NCBI GenBank assembly: GCA_964615635.1
Contig: CAZTQK010000002.1
Location: forward strand, 1-56,675
Source of the DNA: an uncultured Planctomycetales bacterium
GTDB lineage: Bacteria; Planctomycetota; Phycisphaerae; UBA1845; PWPN01
DNA length: 56,675 nucleotides
Direction: 5' to 3'
The notes below the pieces were generated by a model. The model was not told the DNA's origin. It was given only the letters and a program-made list of their open reading frames with translations, and did not search any database. Made by a program: the position numbers and the translations under genes. Positions 1-12,920 of this stretch are shown piece after piece (within the stretch, counting starts at the first letter, position 1; every line of letters starts with the position of its first letter).

Positions 1-69
1 TATTAATCTCTTTACCACCGTCAAACCGCCAATACCGGAATCAAACACTCCGATGGGACGATCATTCAT
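1..69 (-). CDS. murI: glutamate racemase, first 23 codons only (gene runs off the left edge)
   Basis: The reverse strand reads AAGGAGGAGCCC-ATG followed by MNDRPIGVFDSGIGGLTVVKRLI. IGVFDSGxGGLTV is the conserved MurI N-terminal motif, and there is a strong SD. Confidence 0.65.
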   Translation of the reverse strand, partial: MNDRPIGVFDSGIGGLTVVKRLI

Positions 70-100
70 GGGCTCCTCCTTGCCCGAACAGGTTGCGAAG

Positions 101-249
101 GGTCCGTGACAGTCTAGGCGGCTCTTTCAGAATTCCGAGCGGAAGCGAGGGGCCAAGCCGGAAAGCGGCCACACCACATGGGGGCCGCTCCCTCACGGTC
201 GCGGTTCTGAAAAAGCCGTAGCGTCCACCCGGTTCGACTGTCACGGACC
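101..249. repeat. MITE-like palindromic repeat, family 1, copy A
   Basis: Perfect 14-bp terminal inverted repeats: GGTCCGTGACAGTC at 101-114 and GACTGTCACGGACC at 236-249. The internal core is TTTCAGAA..CG..GAGGG.GC. / GGCCGCTCCCTCACGGTCGCGGTTCTGAAA. The same element recurs at 6390, 26599, 35125, 36564 and 56589. Confidence 0.85.
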
Positions 250-443
250 CGGTTCCGAAATCCGCCGGGGGCAGAAACCTGCCTCCCAGTATTGAAAGAC
301 CAGCCGACGGCGCGTCAAGGGCGGGGTAGACGTCCTCCCTGCCCGACAGGCTGCGGGTAATCTGCTTGCCTTATGTATCGTGCTTTCTGCCCGTCTGATT
401 CAAGGCAAATCTGGCGGGAGCGGCGATCGTCCTGCCATATGGG

Positions 444-1799
444 TCAGAACTTGTAGACCACGTCAAACCCGGCCGTCATCTGGCAGCTCTCGGCGAACGG
501 GGCGTCGTTTGCCGACCAGTCAGCCCGGATCTCCGGGCGGATGCTCAGATTCTTCAGGATACGATCATTGGGAAACGGGGTGATGCTTAGGCCGGTGGTC
601 AACTCGAAAAACGTGCCGCGATAGCCGGTTCTTACGCCATGGTTATCGGTGAACCACTCGGCCCGACCGGTGGCGTTGAGGTAATCGTTGAACGTGTAAT
701 TCAGCCAATACCCCAGTCCGTACCAGGCCGAATCGCGAACGCCCGGCACATCGCGGGCTCCCAGAGCCCCCGGGACGTCGTCCTGGAATCCGTAATCCGC
801 GTTGATATGTTGGGTCAGCTTCTCCGTCCACCTCCAGGTCCAGACGACATCCACGAGCACTCGGTTGCCGGGCCAGCCTTCGCCGGTCTGCTCGGGCCCG
901 GCGATGACATTCACGGCCAGTTGCGAGCGAGGGTTGTCGCCCATGAGCTGCTTGCTGGACAACTGAAATCCCCCCATGAACGTCGCACCATCGTTGTTGT
1001 CGTCGAAGACATCCCATCCGCGCACCACCCCGAAGTAGGCGTAGTTGGCCGGGTCGAAGAAATAGGTAAGCTTCAGTCCTGTGTGTGTCACCGGCTGGGC
1101 GAAGGTGAACAGGTATCCGTGAGAATAGAGATAATTGGCAGGTGCGGCGGTCACCTCCAAGCCGGCGGGCGTGAACCATTTGCCGAATATGACATCGAGG
1201 CCCTGCCCCGCGTCTCCGGTCTTGAACCACAACTCCCCGTAACCTTGCAGGATATCCGGTTGGGCCTCATGGTTCTGCTTGTCGAGCAGCCCCAATGAAT
1301 GGGTCAGCCTGGCGTCGGTGCCATAAAGGAAAGTGAACGTCCCGCCAACGTCGAAGCTCTTGCTCGTATCGACGGGGCGGTCGAGGGAGAGCATCAACTG
1401 GTTGAGACGCAGGTTCTGCGGCCGGCGGGAATCGAAGCCGCGCAGGGGAAGACCGGTGTTCTTGTCTCCCGGGCCGGTCAACTCAAAGGTCATTCCGGCT
1501 TCCACGTGGCCGTAGATCCGCAGGCCCAGATCTCTCATCGGCCTGCCCAGCCCGATGGCGTCCAGGCCGTCCATCATCAGACCAGGAGGCCAATCCGCAG
1601 AGGCCGGCTGGGTCTCGGGAATTCCCTGTTCGCCCCCCACCAGCGGGTCTGCGGCCGCAGGTTCGAGGGTGTCGGAGACAAGTCTCGCCGGATCCAGACG
1701 GATCCCCTCTGGATCGGCTGCCCTTGTTTCCCGCAGACCCCTGATTGCCAACAACAGGACCAGGACGGACAGAACTGATCGTATGCCCCTGCTATTCAT
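444..1799 (-). CDS. outer-membrane beta-barrel porin-like protein (OmpL/BBP2-like)
   Basis: 451-aa ORF with an N-terminal signal peptide (SVLSVLVLLLAIRG). It is rich in aromatic/Gly alternating beta-strand segments and has a C-terminal ...FDVVYKF ending in Phe, typical of OM barrels. Confidence 0.7.
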   Translation of the reverse strand: MNSRGIRSVLSVLVLLLAIRGLRETRAADPEGIRLDPARLVSDTLEPAAADPLVGGEQGIPETQPASADWPPGLMMDGLDAIGLGRPMRDLGLRIYGHVEAGMTFELTGPGDKNTGLPLRGFDSRRPQNLRLNQLMLSLDRPVDTSKSFDVGGTFTFLYGTDARLTHSLGLLDKQNHEAQPDILQGYGELWFKTGDAGQGLDVIFGKWFTPAGLEVTAAPANYLYSHGYLFTFAQPVTHTGLKLTYFFDPANYAYFGVVRGWDVFDDNNDGATFMGGFQLSSKQLMGDNPRSQLAVNVIAGPEQTGEGWPGNRVLVDVVWTWRWTEKLTQHINADYGFQDDVPGALGARDVPGVRDSAWYGLGYWLNYTFNDYLNATGRAEWFTDNHGVRTGYRGTFFELTTGLSITPFPNDRILKNLSIRPEIRADWSANDAPFAESCQMTAGFDVVYKF

Positions 1800-2245
1800 G
1801 AATGTATCTCCTTGCTACCTTGCCGTGTTCGGCAGTCACAGTTGGCCGTTCACTTCGGATCATGGGACGGCGGCCCTACCAGCAGGTACGATTCAAGAGC
1901 AAGAACCCACGGCACGGTAGGAATACCTCCTCGTGTCCTGCTCTTGAGCCGGCTCGTTGCCCCTCTCCGGTAGAACAAGCAATAGGCGTGCCAGACTCCA
2001 TCGCTGGGTTGTCAGGTCGGTCCAGGTGTGCGAACCCGACCGTGGTGGATTTGCGAGACGGAGCATCTGTGCTGGAAGCGGGGAACACGGGTCTCGTTGC
2101 CGTGCTTGAAGGCCGGTCCGGCTGATGAGGATCTGCGTCACGGCAGAGTGATCGGGACTGGCCCCAATCCAAAAAGCAGGACGGCATCGGCCACTGGCCA
2201 ATGCCGTCCGCAGAGTCTTTCAGTCGAACCATATCGCCGGTTCTG

Positions 2246-3481
2246 TTACAGATCCATCTGGAATCGGACGCCGCCCACCAAGGCCGTGTCCGCGCTGCCG
2301 CCACCCGGATTGCAGATGATCTGGAAGTCGGGGCTGATGTGCAGCCAGGGGAAGACCTCGATGCTGTAGTACATCTCGATGCCGCTCTCCTGCACGATCC
2401 CAGCAGGCGCGAGCTGGTTACTGGCGTTGCCGAAGTACCAACCGAGACCGCAGGTGTCCCGGTCCCGAGTGGGAATGAGCCCCTTGGCGCTGACGCCGAG
2501 GCTGTAGAAATACTCGATCGGGTTGACATCCCCATCGGCCCATCCAAACCGCCCGAAGATGCCCACACCCTGATCCGAGCCTTCGGACTCCGTCCACACG
2601 TACTGGTCGAAGTTGTACAAGAAAGCGAGGTTGCAGTCCTGCATTCCTCCCGCATACGTGGGGGTATCCCTGCAACTCGTGATCATCGCCACCCGCTGGT
2701 GACCAAGCTGACCGAAGGGCTTCACGGTGAAGTCCCATTCGTGCATGATGCTGGTGTTAGCGTCGCCATGAAACGCGGTGTCAAAGCCGGTCCTGGTGTC
2801 GCGACCGTCGGAATCAGTCACCGCCGTTCGAATGGACAACCATTCGAACGGGTTGAAGATGACCCCAACGCCCATCGTCGTGTAGGGGATGAACTGGCCG
2901 ATCATCGGATAATTGCGCAGCGCCAGGTTCATGAACTGCGTTTCCTCGTTGTTGGCAAACATGTTGGTGTCGAAAGCCCGCGACCCGTCCAGCTTGCCGG
3001 CGAGCAGGATCAGCTTTCCTTCAAAGAGGACTTGCTGGTAGAAAAACTCAGAGAGGGTCATTTCGCAACTGTCATCGCTGGTCGGTTTGAGAGCGTCCGT
3101 GTTGACGGGCATCAAAGTGCCGGCAAAACGGTTGACGCCGCGGCCCCACCTGGGCTCGCCGACGAAGACAAATGTCCCACCAGGCCAAAGGCCCATCTTA
3201 CCGGTATCCAGTTTGAACTCGAGGATGGATGATCCGGAGTACTTGATGGCACTACTCGTGTCGGCCCCACCGTGCATGTTCTCCTGCACAATCTGGGTGA
3301 CGCGCCAATCCAAGGTAATTCCCTTGTCTGCCAGAGCGGTACGAGCGCCGCCCCAATCGCCGGTCGCCTTGGACCACTCGGTCCAACTTCCGCCGTAGCC
3401 GGCCGGGGCAGTGGTCGACTGCGCCATGACCATTGGGACAACCAACAGGACTAGTAATGATGCCAGAAACGTTCTTGTCAT
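2246..3481 (-). CDS. carbohydrate-selective porin, OprB family
   Basis: Start set at MTRTFLASLLVLLVVPMVMAQS (signal peptide, GGAG SD upstream). GDWGGARTALADKGITLDW is the characteristic OprB-family N-terminal motif. Confidence 0.8.
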   Translation of the reverse strand: MTRTFLASLLVLLVVPMVMAQSTTAPAGYGGSWTEWSKATGDWGGARTALADKGITLDWRVTQIVQENMHGGADTSSAIKYSGSSILEFKLDTGKMGLWPGGTFVFVGEPRWGRGVNRFAGTLMPVNTDALKPTSDDSCEMTLSEFFYQQVLFEGKLILLAGKLDGSRAFDTNMFANNEETQFMNLALRNYPMIGQFIPYTTMGVGVIFNPFEWLSIRTAVTDSDGRDTRTGFDTAFHGDANTSIMHEWDFTVKPFGQLGHQRVAMITSCRDTPTYAGGMQDCNLAFLYNFDQYVWTESEGSDQGVGIFGRFGWADGDVNPIEYFYSLGVSAKGLIPTRDRDTCGLGWYFGNASNQLAPAGIVQESGIEMYYSIEVFPWLHISPDFQIICNPGGGSADTALVGGVRFQMDL

Positions 3482-3786
3482 GTGTGTCTCCTCAACTTGG
3501 AAGGGGCGCGCCCTTGGACCGATCACACTTGAGAGCGAGCTACTCCTTACGACTGTCTTCCGATAAGTGGGGTCCGCCGCGCCGCGCGAACACCATTCGT
3601 GCCCGCATTATGCGCGTAAGCGCCAGTTAACGCAACACCTTTGGTCCGACAAGTATCTGCTTTCTGGTCGGTAGATGTCCTGCCCCGCCGACACGGAGAG
3701 GTGGCGATAAACCGTCTCTTGCGGTTTTTCGGGAAGCTGGTCTGCCGTCTGGATCAGGAACCGCACGGCAGGCGAGACGTTCCGTT

Positions 3787-5058
3787 TCACCGCGTCTCGG
3801 CCGGCTGCGTTACAGCGTCTGGTTCCTGACGGACACCGCCTGTCGAGAATCGATCTCGCGACCTCGGCGGCGCAACGATAGGGACTGTGTGAACCTTCTG
3901 TCTGCTTCTGTTGTGCCAGACAGACTGGAGCGGAATGGCCGTCGCCAGAACGACCATAGCGGCCAGGTATGGTGCGGCCAAGCCAAACTGGTCGCCGATG
4001 GCCCCGCCGACAAAAGGTCCACCGATGCTGGTCAAACCGACAATAGCCTCGTTCACCGAAACGTATCGGGCCGCGCGGGTCGGATGCACCAGTGAGTGGA
4101 ACACGAAATAGAAGTAGAACGCCCCCGAGTAGACGCCAAAACACGCCGCTGCGAGGTAGAAGGGGAGCGTCGAGTCTGCGGCGGCGAAGAGGGCCAGACC
4201 GGCGAGCCCGCACAGCCCGAATAGAGCGATCGGTATCGGCCTGTACATCCACAGCTTGCCCCGCCCCAGGCCAAGCCCCACCAGGGCCTGAGTGGCGCTC
4301 AAGATCAGCAGGGTCGTGCCCTGGCCTGGTTTGGAGATGTCGAAGGCAGCCGCACTCGAAGGAAAGACGCTCCGAACCAGTGCCATGATCGCGCAGCCCA
4401 ACCCGCTGAAGACCCAAGCCATCCATGCCAGGTCGGGCATGTCGGCATATCGATCGGCAACCGGTGTCTCTGCCGCCTGGATGGTTGGGGCAGCCTCGGC
4501 GAACCGCTTCAGCCGCAAGATCCCACAGGCCATGATCACGGCCAGTAGGCCGTTGACCAGGTGGCAGCTCTGCCAGCCGAAATGCACCCACAGAAATCCG
4601 GCGATGAACGGTCCAAGGGCAAACCCCATGCTCCACGAGAACGTGTACAAGCCGGTGGAATGAGTGATGCTCTTCTTCTGGTTCTCGTCAAGCAACTTCA
4701 TGAAGAACTGAAACGGCGTGAAGAAGAAGGCGGTCGCGCATCCCTGGACGATGCCGAGCAAATACATGGCTGCCATGCCCGGGATGAGAACGTAACCGGC
4801 GGAAACGATGGTGCTGACAACGCAACTGCCGACCAGGATCCAGCCGGCGTTGCGTTTGGTGACCAGTCCGCCGGCGGTCAGTGAGGCAATCATGTAGGCG
4901 ATTGCCCACACGGACATGAAAGCTGCCACAGCCAGAGCACTCGTCTGCATGTCCGCCAAGCGGACCATGCAGACGAAAAAGACTGACGACAGAATCGTAT
5001 CCATCATCAGCGCGAATGAGTAGATCGCCAGGCGGACCATTAGGGCGTCGGCCTCCAT
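3787..5058 (-). CDS. MFS transporter
   Basis: 423 aa with about 12 hydrophobic helices in a two-halves architecture. It sits co-directionally between the glycosidase-like gene and the porin. Confidence 0.8.
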   Translation of the reverse strand: MEADALMVRLAIYSFALMMDTILSSVFFVCMVRLADMQTSALAVAAFMSVWAIAYMIASLTAGGLVTKRNAGWILVGSCVVSTIVSAGYVLIPGMAAMYLLGIVQGCATAFFFTPFQFFMKLLDENQKKSITHSTGLYTFSWSMGFALGPFIAGFLWVHFGWQSCHLVNGLLAVIMACGILRLKRFAEAAPTIQAAETPVADRYADMPDLAWMAWVFSGLGCAIMALVRSVFPSSAAAFDISKPGQGTTLLILSATQALVGLGLGRGKLWMYRPIPIALFGLCGLAGLALFAAADSTLPFYLAAACFGVYSGAFYFYFVFHSLVHPTRAARYVSVNEAIVGLTSIGGPFVGGAIGDQFGLAAPYLAAMVVLATAIPLQSVWHNRSRQKVHTVPIVAPPRSRDRFSTGGVRQEPDAVTQPAETR

Positions 5059-6287
5059 GTCAGCCGGTATACCCGCCCGCTGGTCAGCTTGACATCGAGC
5101 GGTTCACCCAGACGGGTCTTGCCGTCTTCGGAGAGGATCTCAAGGCGTCCCTCTGTCTCGCGGGCCGGCAGGGAGATGCTCTGCCGGTCCGGCCCGAGAG
5201 CACCGGTGGCGGTCAGAGTCTTTCCTTGCCGATCGGTGAAGATGAGTCTCTTCTGCAGCCAGCGGGCGAAGAGGCGGTTACGGTCCAGCGAGGGCACGGC
5301 TCCGGCGCCGTAGACAAACCCAAGAAGCCGGTCGCCGCTGGTGACCCATCCGACCGCGACGATGTACTTGTCGGCATCGTTGCGGCTGACGGCCATCTCG
5401 CGTTGCGTCTCGAATTTCATCCCGTCGTTCGAGAGGGCGTACCAAAGACGGCTGGTGTTGGCGTGAAGGGCCATCAGATAGACAGGCTGACCATCAACGA
5501 CGAAATCGCGAACGTCGTTGACCATCAGGGCGGCGTCGAGGCTGACGCCGTCATACTTGAAGTGCAGGCCGTCATCGGATGATGCCCTGTGGACCTGCAG
5601 GCGGGCCTTGAAGTCGCCGAAGTACAGGCGGTACTTGCCGTTCTCGTGTCGCAGCACGTTCATGCCGTTCATGTCGGCCGCGTTGTACTTGGGATAACCT
5701 TCGATCCGAATGACATCGCTCGCGGTCGCCGGATACGGTGCCGGTTTGCCGTTCCAGGCTGTGCCGTCGGGGCTGGTGAAGATGGCAGGCTTGTTGAGGC
5801 CATTGGCATCCGGATATGCCGTACACGCCATCCGAAAGGAGCCGTCGGGCAGACGAATGGCGTTGACATTGCACACGTGAGTGAACGTGCCGTTTTCGAT
5901 CTCGATGCGCCGCTCGCCGAGATCAATGAAGTCCGCGGTGAACCGGCTGTAGATACGGTCGTTGCCGGTTTGGACGCCGTCCCAGGCCCCATAGAACAGG
6001 CGCCATCCGCCAGGCACTTCGACCGGCGAAGGCGCGTAAATGTTGCGGAACGTGCCGGCTTGACACGGAGCCAGCAGTGGATGCCTTATGTCGGGCACCA
6101 AGTTCAGTGAGCCGGATCGCCAGATGGCCGGATCGAACGGTCCCGCCGACACGCCGTGGATCTCGACCGTGCCCAAATCGGCCTGGCCGGGAATGGCTTC
6201 GATCGTCACCGGCTCGCCGACAACCGGTGCGGCGAACACAATCAGCAGGGCAGCCATCGGGCAACACAGCCGTCTCCTTACAATCAT
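5040..6287 (-). CDS. secreted beta-propeller glycosidase-like protein (GH43/32-like or BNR-like, family not resolved)
   Basis: Start set at MIVRRRLCCPMAALLIVFAAPVVG (signal peptide, AGGAGGA SD). The longer ORF to 6602 reads through a MITE. Recurring SxDGxxW/F blade motifs are present: FTSPDGTAWNG, SSDDGLHFKY, LSNDGMKFET. Confidence 0.6.
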   Translation of the reverse strand: MIVRRRLCCPMAALLIVFAAPVVGEPVTIEAIPGQADLGTVEIHGVSAGPFDPAIWRSGSLNLVPDIRHPLLAPCQAGTFRNIYAPSPVEVPGGWRLFYGAWDGVQTGNDRIYSRFTADFIDLGERRIEIENGTFTHVCNVNAIRLPDGSFRMACTAYPDANGLNKPAIFTSPDGTAWNGKPAPYPATASDVIRIEGYPKYNAADMNGMNVLRHENGKYRLYFGDFKARLQVHRASSDDGLHFKYDGVSLDAALMVNDVRDFVVDGQPVYLMALHANTSRLWYALSNDGMKFETQREMAVSRNDADKYIVAVGWVTSGDRLLGFVYGAGAVPSLDRNRLFARWLQKRLIFTDRQGKTLTATGALGPDRQSISLPARETEGRLEILSEDGKTRLGEPLDVKLTSGRVYRLTWRPTP

Positions 6288-6389
6288 GGTCCTCGTCCTC
6301 CTCATAAGGCTGAGCCATGTTAACCGCGGCGCGGTATACCGCAACGCCTGGGAATGCAGAATGGTTATTGCGGGATTGAGAGTGAAGGG

Positions 6390-6577
6390 GGTCCGTGACA
6401 GTCTCGGCGGAAAGACGCTATGACTTCTTTCAGAACCGCGACCGTAAGGGAGCGGCCCCCGTATGGTGTTGGCCGCTTTGCGGTCTGGCCTGTTTTTCAC
6501 CGACTTGCAAAGGTCGGTCAAGCACCCCTCGTTTACGCTCGGGGTTCTGAAAGAGCCGCCTAAACCGTCACGCGCCC
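6390..6577. repeat. MITE-like repeat, family 1, copy B
   Basis: Left TIR GGTCCGTGACAGTC at 6390-6403. Core TTTCAGAACCGCGACCGTAAGGGAGCGGCC. The right end ...GGGGTTCTGAAAGAGCCGCCTAAACCGTCACGCGCC is degenerate. Confidence 0.8.
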
Positions 6578-6698
6578 GAATGAAGGCTTGATTGGCTTGC
6601 ACCTCGCCCGACGGTGTGGATAATTCGCACGTTCCCGTCGCGGTGCGCGGGATGTCCCGCGAATCTCTCGTTTCGGCGCTTGAGCAGAGGCAAGGGCC

Positions 6699-8297
6699 AT
6701 GCCGGCGGAATCAACAGTTGATATGGTGACCCAGAAGCTGGTCCCGATCGAATGGCTGATGGTCATCATCTTTTCGATCGGCATTATTGCATGGGGCTTC
6801 ATCATGCGCCGGGCGGCCGGCTCGTTGGAAGGCTCTTTTCTGGCCGGCCGCAAGGTGCCCGGCCTGCTGGCTTCCCTTTCCACGGTGGCGACCAACCTCA
6901 ATGCCAACGACTTCATCGGCGGTGCGGGTTTCGTCTACGCGTTTGGCGTGGTCATCCTGCACGGAAGCTGGGTCAACAGTCTGGCTCTGGTCCTGGTGTC
7001 ACTTTTCCTGGTCCAGAAGCTCAGGCGTCTCAACGTTTTTACTCTCGGAGGCTGGCTCGAGCGTCGGTATTGCTTCAGCGTCGGCTTCATGTACAGCCTC
7101 GCCTGGTCGGTGATCTGGATGTTGTTCAATCTCGGCCTCTACCTGTATGCCGGAGCTCTGGTTCTCCAGACGCTGGTTGGCTGGCCGCTGTATGAATCCA
7201 TCGTTGTGCTGTCGGTTATTGCGGCAGCGGTGACCCTGCTGGGCGGTTTCGGAGCCGTCGTCGCGGTTGACGTGCTGCAGATCCTGCTGATGTTCTTTCC
7301 GTTCATCTTTGTTGCCTGGGGAACAATGAGCGACATCGGCGGCATCGCTGAACTGGCCAGATCGCTTCCCGCGGACAAGGCTGCTTTCTGGACCCAAGAC
7401 ACGCCGTTCGGGGTGATGCCGATCATGCTGTTCGGCATCTTCTTCATGGGGTTGAGCTACTGGTCGACCGAGGCACAGGTCGTCCAGCGGCCGCTGGCCT
7501 CCAAGAGCGAAGAGGACTCGATCATCAGTTACCTTGGCGCGTCGTTCTGGTTCAGCATTCTCGTGCCGCTGCTCATTTCCCTGCCGGCGTTGGCCGCGAT
7601 CAAGTTCTACCCCGACCTCGAGAACAACGATCATGCGATGCCCATGCTGATCCGGCGCGTACTGCCGCGCGGCCTGTACGGCGTGACCGTCGTCGGACTC
7701 ATGGCCGGCGTCTTCTCCAGTGTTGAAGCTCAGATCAACTCGTTCTGCGCCATGTTCACGACCGACATCTACCGCCGGGTTCTGGTTCCCAATCGCAACG
7801 AGCGGCATTACCTGATTGCCTCGAAGGTCGCCGGGGTGGTCTTCGCGCTCGCGGCCATCGGGACGGCCGTGGTGTTCAGCTTCGCCAAGGAGGGGATGAT
7901 GCTGTTCGCCATCTCGGTGCTGGCGACGATCATGCCGCCGTTCGCCTCCGTGACCATCGTCGGCGCCCTCGATCGGAGGGTAAACAAGCATGGTGCATTG
8001 GCCGGGGTGATCGTCGCGGCTGCCGTTGCGATCGGTTTGGTCATTGCCGACAAGCTGGGATATCTGGCGAGCATCTCCAAGGAAACTCTCTACTTCAGGA
8101 CGATGGTTACTTTCCTGACAGGTGTGGTGGTCACCTATGCCGTCAGTCTGGCGAGCCGGCCGAGCCATGGCGGAGTTGAGGCTTCGTACACAGGCCTGGA
8201 CCTGTCGATGAAATGGAGCCCGAGGGTATTGCGCATGACGGTACTACTGCTCGCGGGCATGGCGGTGATGGTTGGGATCTGGTCGTACTACTTCTGA
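6699..8297 (+). CDS. sodium:solute symporter (SSF) family transporter
   Basis: 532 aa with about 13-14 TM helices and an SSF-like composition and layout. It is divergent from the sugar-uptake genes. Confidence 0.8.
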   Translation: MPAESTVDMVTQKLVPIEWLMVIIFSIGIIAWGFIMRRAAGSLEGSFLAGRKVPGLLASLSTVATNLNANDFIGGAGFVYAFGVVILHGSWVNSLALVLVSLFLVQKLRRLNVFTLGGWLERRYCFSVGFMYSLAWSVIWMLFNLGLYLYAGALVLQTLVGWPLYESIVVLSVIAAAVTLLGGFGAVVAVDVLQILLMFFPFIFVAWGTMSDIGGIAELARSLPADKAAFWTQDTPFGVMPIMLFGIFFMGLSYWSTEAQVVQRPLASKSEEDSIISYLGASFWFSILVPLLISLPALAAIKFYPDLENNDHAMPMLIRRVLPRGLYGVTVVGLMAGVFSSVEAQINSFCAMFTTDIYRRVLVPNRNERHYLIASKVAGVVFALAAIGTAVVFSFAKEGMMLFAISVLATIMPPFASVTIVGALDRRVNKHGALAGVIVAAAVAIGLVIADKLGYLASISKETLYFRTMVTFLTGVVVTYAVSLASRPSHGGVEASYTGLDLSMKWSPRVLRMTVLLLAGMAVMVGIWSYYF

Positions 8298-8313
8298 TCG
8301 GCCGGAGAACAAG

Positions 8314-8529
8314 ATGCACGAGAAGCCCACAGAATACCGGCTGCCCATCGCGGTCCCCAACGGGATCATTCTCGCGTTGATGGGTGTCCTGGTGCTGGTG
8401 ACACCGATGGTGGAGGCCGTCGAGCCCTCGAAACTGCGAATGAACATCATCGCCGGCGTTGTCATGACGGTTGGCGGCCTGGCCAGCCTGCTCTGGGGAC
8501 TCAGGCAGACCCGCCGGCCGGGGGGTTGA
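8314..8529 (+). CDS. small two-TM membrane protein, unknown function
   Basis: ATG preceded by GGAGAACAAG. MHEKPTEYRLPIAVPNGIILALMGVLVLVTP...IIAGVVMTVGGLASLLWGL gives two hydrophobic helices. It lies 17 nt after the SSF stop. Confidence 0.45.
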   Translation: MHEKPTEYRLPIAVPNGIILALMGVLVLVTPMVEAVEPSKLRMNIIAGVVMTVGGLASLLWGLRQTRRPGG

Positions 8530-8709
8530 CCCGCCATCCGGCCGGTCTCACCGTGCGTCCCTCGCACCGGCGGGGTAGAACGGCCCATCCATGAAGCTAC
8601 TTTCTGTCAGACGTGCGATCGCGGTACCGGCGGAACGGCCGGGGTTCTCGAAGCTCATTCTCGCATGCTGATCCCTGCCGAAACGCACGAGCCCGGATCG
8701 AAATGGTAG

Positions 8710-11364
<2,655 letters not shown>

Positions 11365-11688
11365 GGACGTTCTCTGCTCCGACAAAGCAAACCTTGAAAC
11401 CCGACGACAAACCAGGCAATCGTAAGCCTCGCCCCTCCCAAGGAGCCCGGAAGACCGAGCGGCGTATTCTAGTCGATCAGGGGTGGTTCGTGGAATGGGG
11501 CCGGGAACAGATGCTCGTCGCGGGCCCACGGGGCGACCCAAGGCCTCTGAGACGGACTCGCCACGCCGAGGCCTATCGCAGGCGCGATTGCGGCAGGTCT
11601 CAGCCGCGGGGGGCGACCCCGCCTGCGGCGAGGCAGGCGCGACGCTGCCCTACCTGCCGCTCGATTGCGTCTCTTCTCGCACGGGCTG

Positions 11689-12726
11689 TCAGCCGCCGAC
11701 AAGGTCCGTACGAGCAGCGGTTTGTGCGACCGACGACCTGCGTTGGCGCACGATCTCGCGGTTGCCGAGTTGCCCGCACGCGGCCATGTTTTCGCGACCC
11801 TTGGTCAGGCGGCGCTTGACCACCTGCCGTTGCTCCTTGAGCCAGGCAATGAACTGCTTGATGGTCTGTTCGTCAGGGGCCGGCCAGGGAGACTCGTGCC
11901 GGGGGTTGTACGGGATCACGTTGACCACGCACTTGAGCGGGCGGAGGTAGTCGGCCAGTTCGAGGGCGTGCTCGCGCCGGTCGTTCACGCCGGGGATGAG
12001 CACGTACTCGATCATGAAGAACTGGCACTTGCGCAGCGGGTATGCCAGCAGAGCCTCGCGAAGCTCGTCCATCGGTTCCAGGCGGTTGACGGGCATGATC
12101 CTCGAGCGGATCTCATCGTTTGGGGCATTGAGCGAAATCGCCAGGTTCAGTCGCCGCAGACCCAGGGCCGCGAGGCGCCGGATGCCCTCGATCCGTCCGA
12201 CGGTGGAGATCGCGATCCGCTCGCACGAAATCGACAGGCCCGCCGGGTCGTTCAGCACCCGCACGGCCTGGATCACGTTGTCGAAGTTGTCGAACGGCTC
12301 GCCCATACCCATGAAGACGATGTTGCGGACCTCCTGGCCGAAGTGAGTTCGCACTACGACCACCTGCCCGACGATCTCGGACGGTGTCAGATTGCGGACC
12401 AGGCCGATCTGGCCGGTTTCGCAAAACAGGCAGCCGCGGGCGCAGCCGACCTGAGACGAGACGCAGAGCGACTTCCACTCCTTGCCGTGCCGCCGCATGG
12501 GCACCATGACGCTCTCGGTCTCCAGGCCGTCGTGCGTCCGCTGGATGAACTTGGTCAGGTCGCCGTCCTCGATGCAGCGGACCACCGGCAACAGGTCTGC
12601 CCGCATACGCCTATCGCCCCGACCGGCCAGGGCCGCGCGGTACTCGGCCCGCAGAGCCTTGACCTCGTGCGGCTTGACGCCAAGGGCTTCCCGAACCTGG
12701 TCGAATGTCACACCCAGAACGTCCAC
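11689..12726 (-). CDS. rlmN: 23S rRNA/tRNA (adenine-C2)-methyltransferase, radical SAM, RlmN family
   Basis: Radical-SAM cluster motif CARGCLFCETG, plus MGMGEPFDN, C-terminal ACGQL and an RlmN-like length of 345 aa. Confidence 0.9.
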   Translation of the reverse strand: MDVLGVTFDQVREALGVKPHEVKALRAEYRAALAGRGDRRMRADLLPVVRCIEDGDLTKFIQRTHDGLETESVMVPMRRHGKEWKSLCVSSQVGCARGCLFCETGQIGLVRNLTPSEIVGQVVVVRTHFGQEVRNIVFMGMGEPFDNFDNVIQAVRVLNDPAGLSISCERIAISTVGRIEGIRRLAALGLRRLNLAISLNAPNDEIRSRIMPVNRLEPMDELREALLAYPLRKCQFFMIEYVLIPGVNDRREHALELADYLRPLKCVVNVIPYNPRHESPWPAPDEQTIKQFIAWLKEQRQVVKRRLTKGRENMAACGQLGNREIVRQRRSSVAQTAARTDLVGG

Positions 12727-12835
12727 CGAACGATCACTCCGTCCTCACGAGTGAATGATTCCATCTACTCACCCTGACACGGGCGATGAGCCGGCGGCAG
12801 AGCGAAGGCACACCGGCTTAGAACCTATCCCCGTT

Positions 12836-12920
12836 GGGTGCCACGGGCAGCTTGTCTGCCCGTGCACTGGCGGGCAAGCCCCTCGACCAAGGCTCGGGAC
12901 GAGAGCCGCCAGTGGCACCC
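12836..12920. repeat. palindromic repeat, family 3 (GGGTGCCAC...GTGGCACCC)
   Basis: GGGTGCCACGGGCAGCTTGTCTGCCCGTGCACTGGCGGGCAAGCC...GCCGCCAGTGGCACCC. The terminal 9-bp inverted repeat and the CACTGGCGG/CCGCCAGTG hairpin arms are shared with the core at 36597-36675. Confidence 0.7.

Noticed and set aside
62-244. 60-aa ORF (and similar ORFs at 26639-26893, 35011-35352 and 56265-56633, plus the N-terminal extension of 5040-6602), which translate to recurring peptides such as FRTATVRERPPCGV and SFRTPSV.EG
   Set aside because: They lie entirely inside the family-1 palindromic repeats, appear on either strand depending on copy orientation, and have no start context. They are repeat-derived artefacts, not a protein family.
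11365-11541. N-terminal extensions of ORFs in the track (alaS to 11541, pstC to 41764, phoB to 45601, the ExeA-like gene from 45855, GH127 from 20424, and others)
   Set aside because: In each case an internal start coincides with the conserved family N-terminus or a signal peptide and has an SD-like sequence. The extensions are Arg-rich or cross repeat elements.
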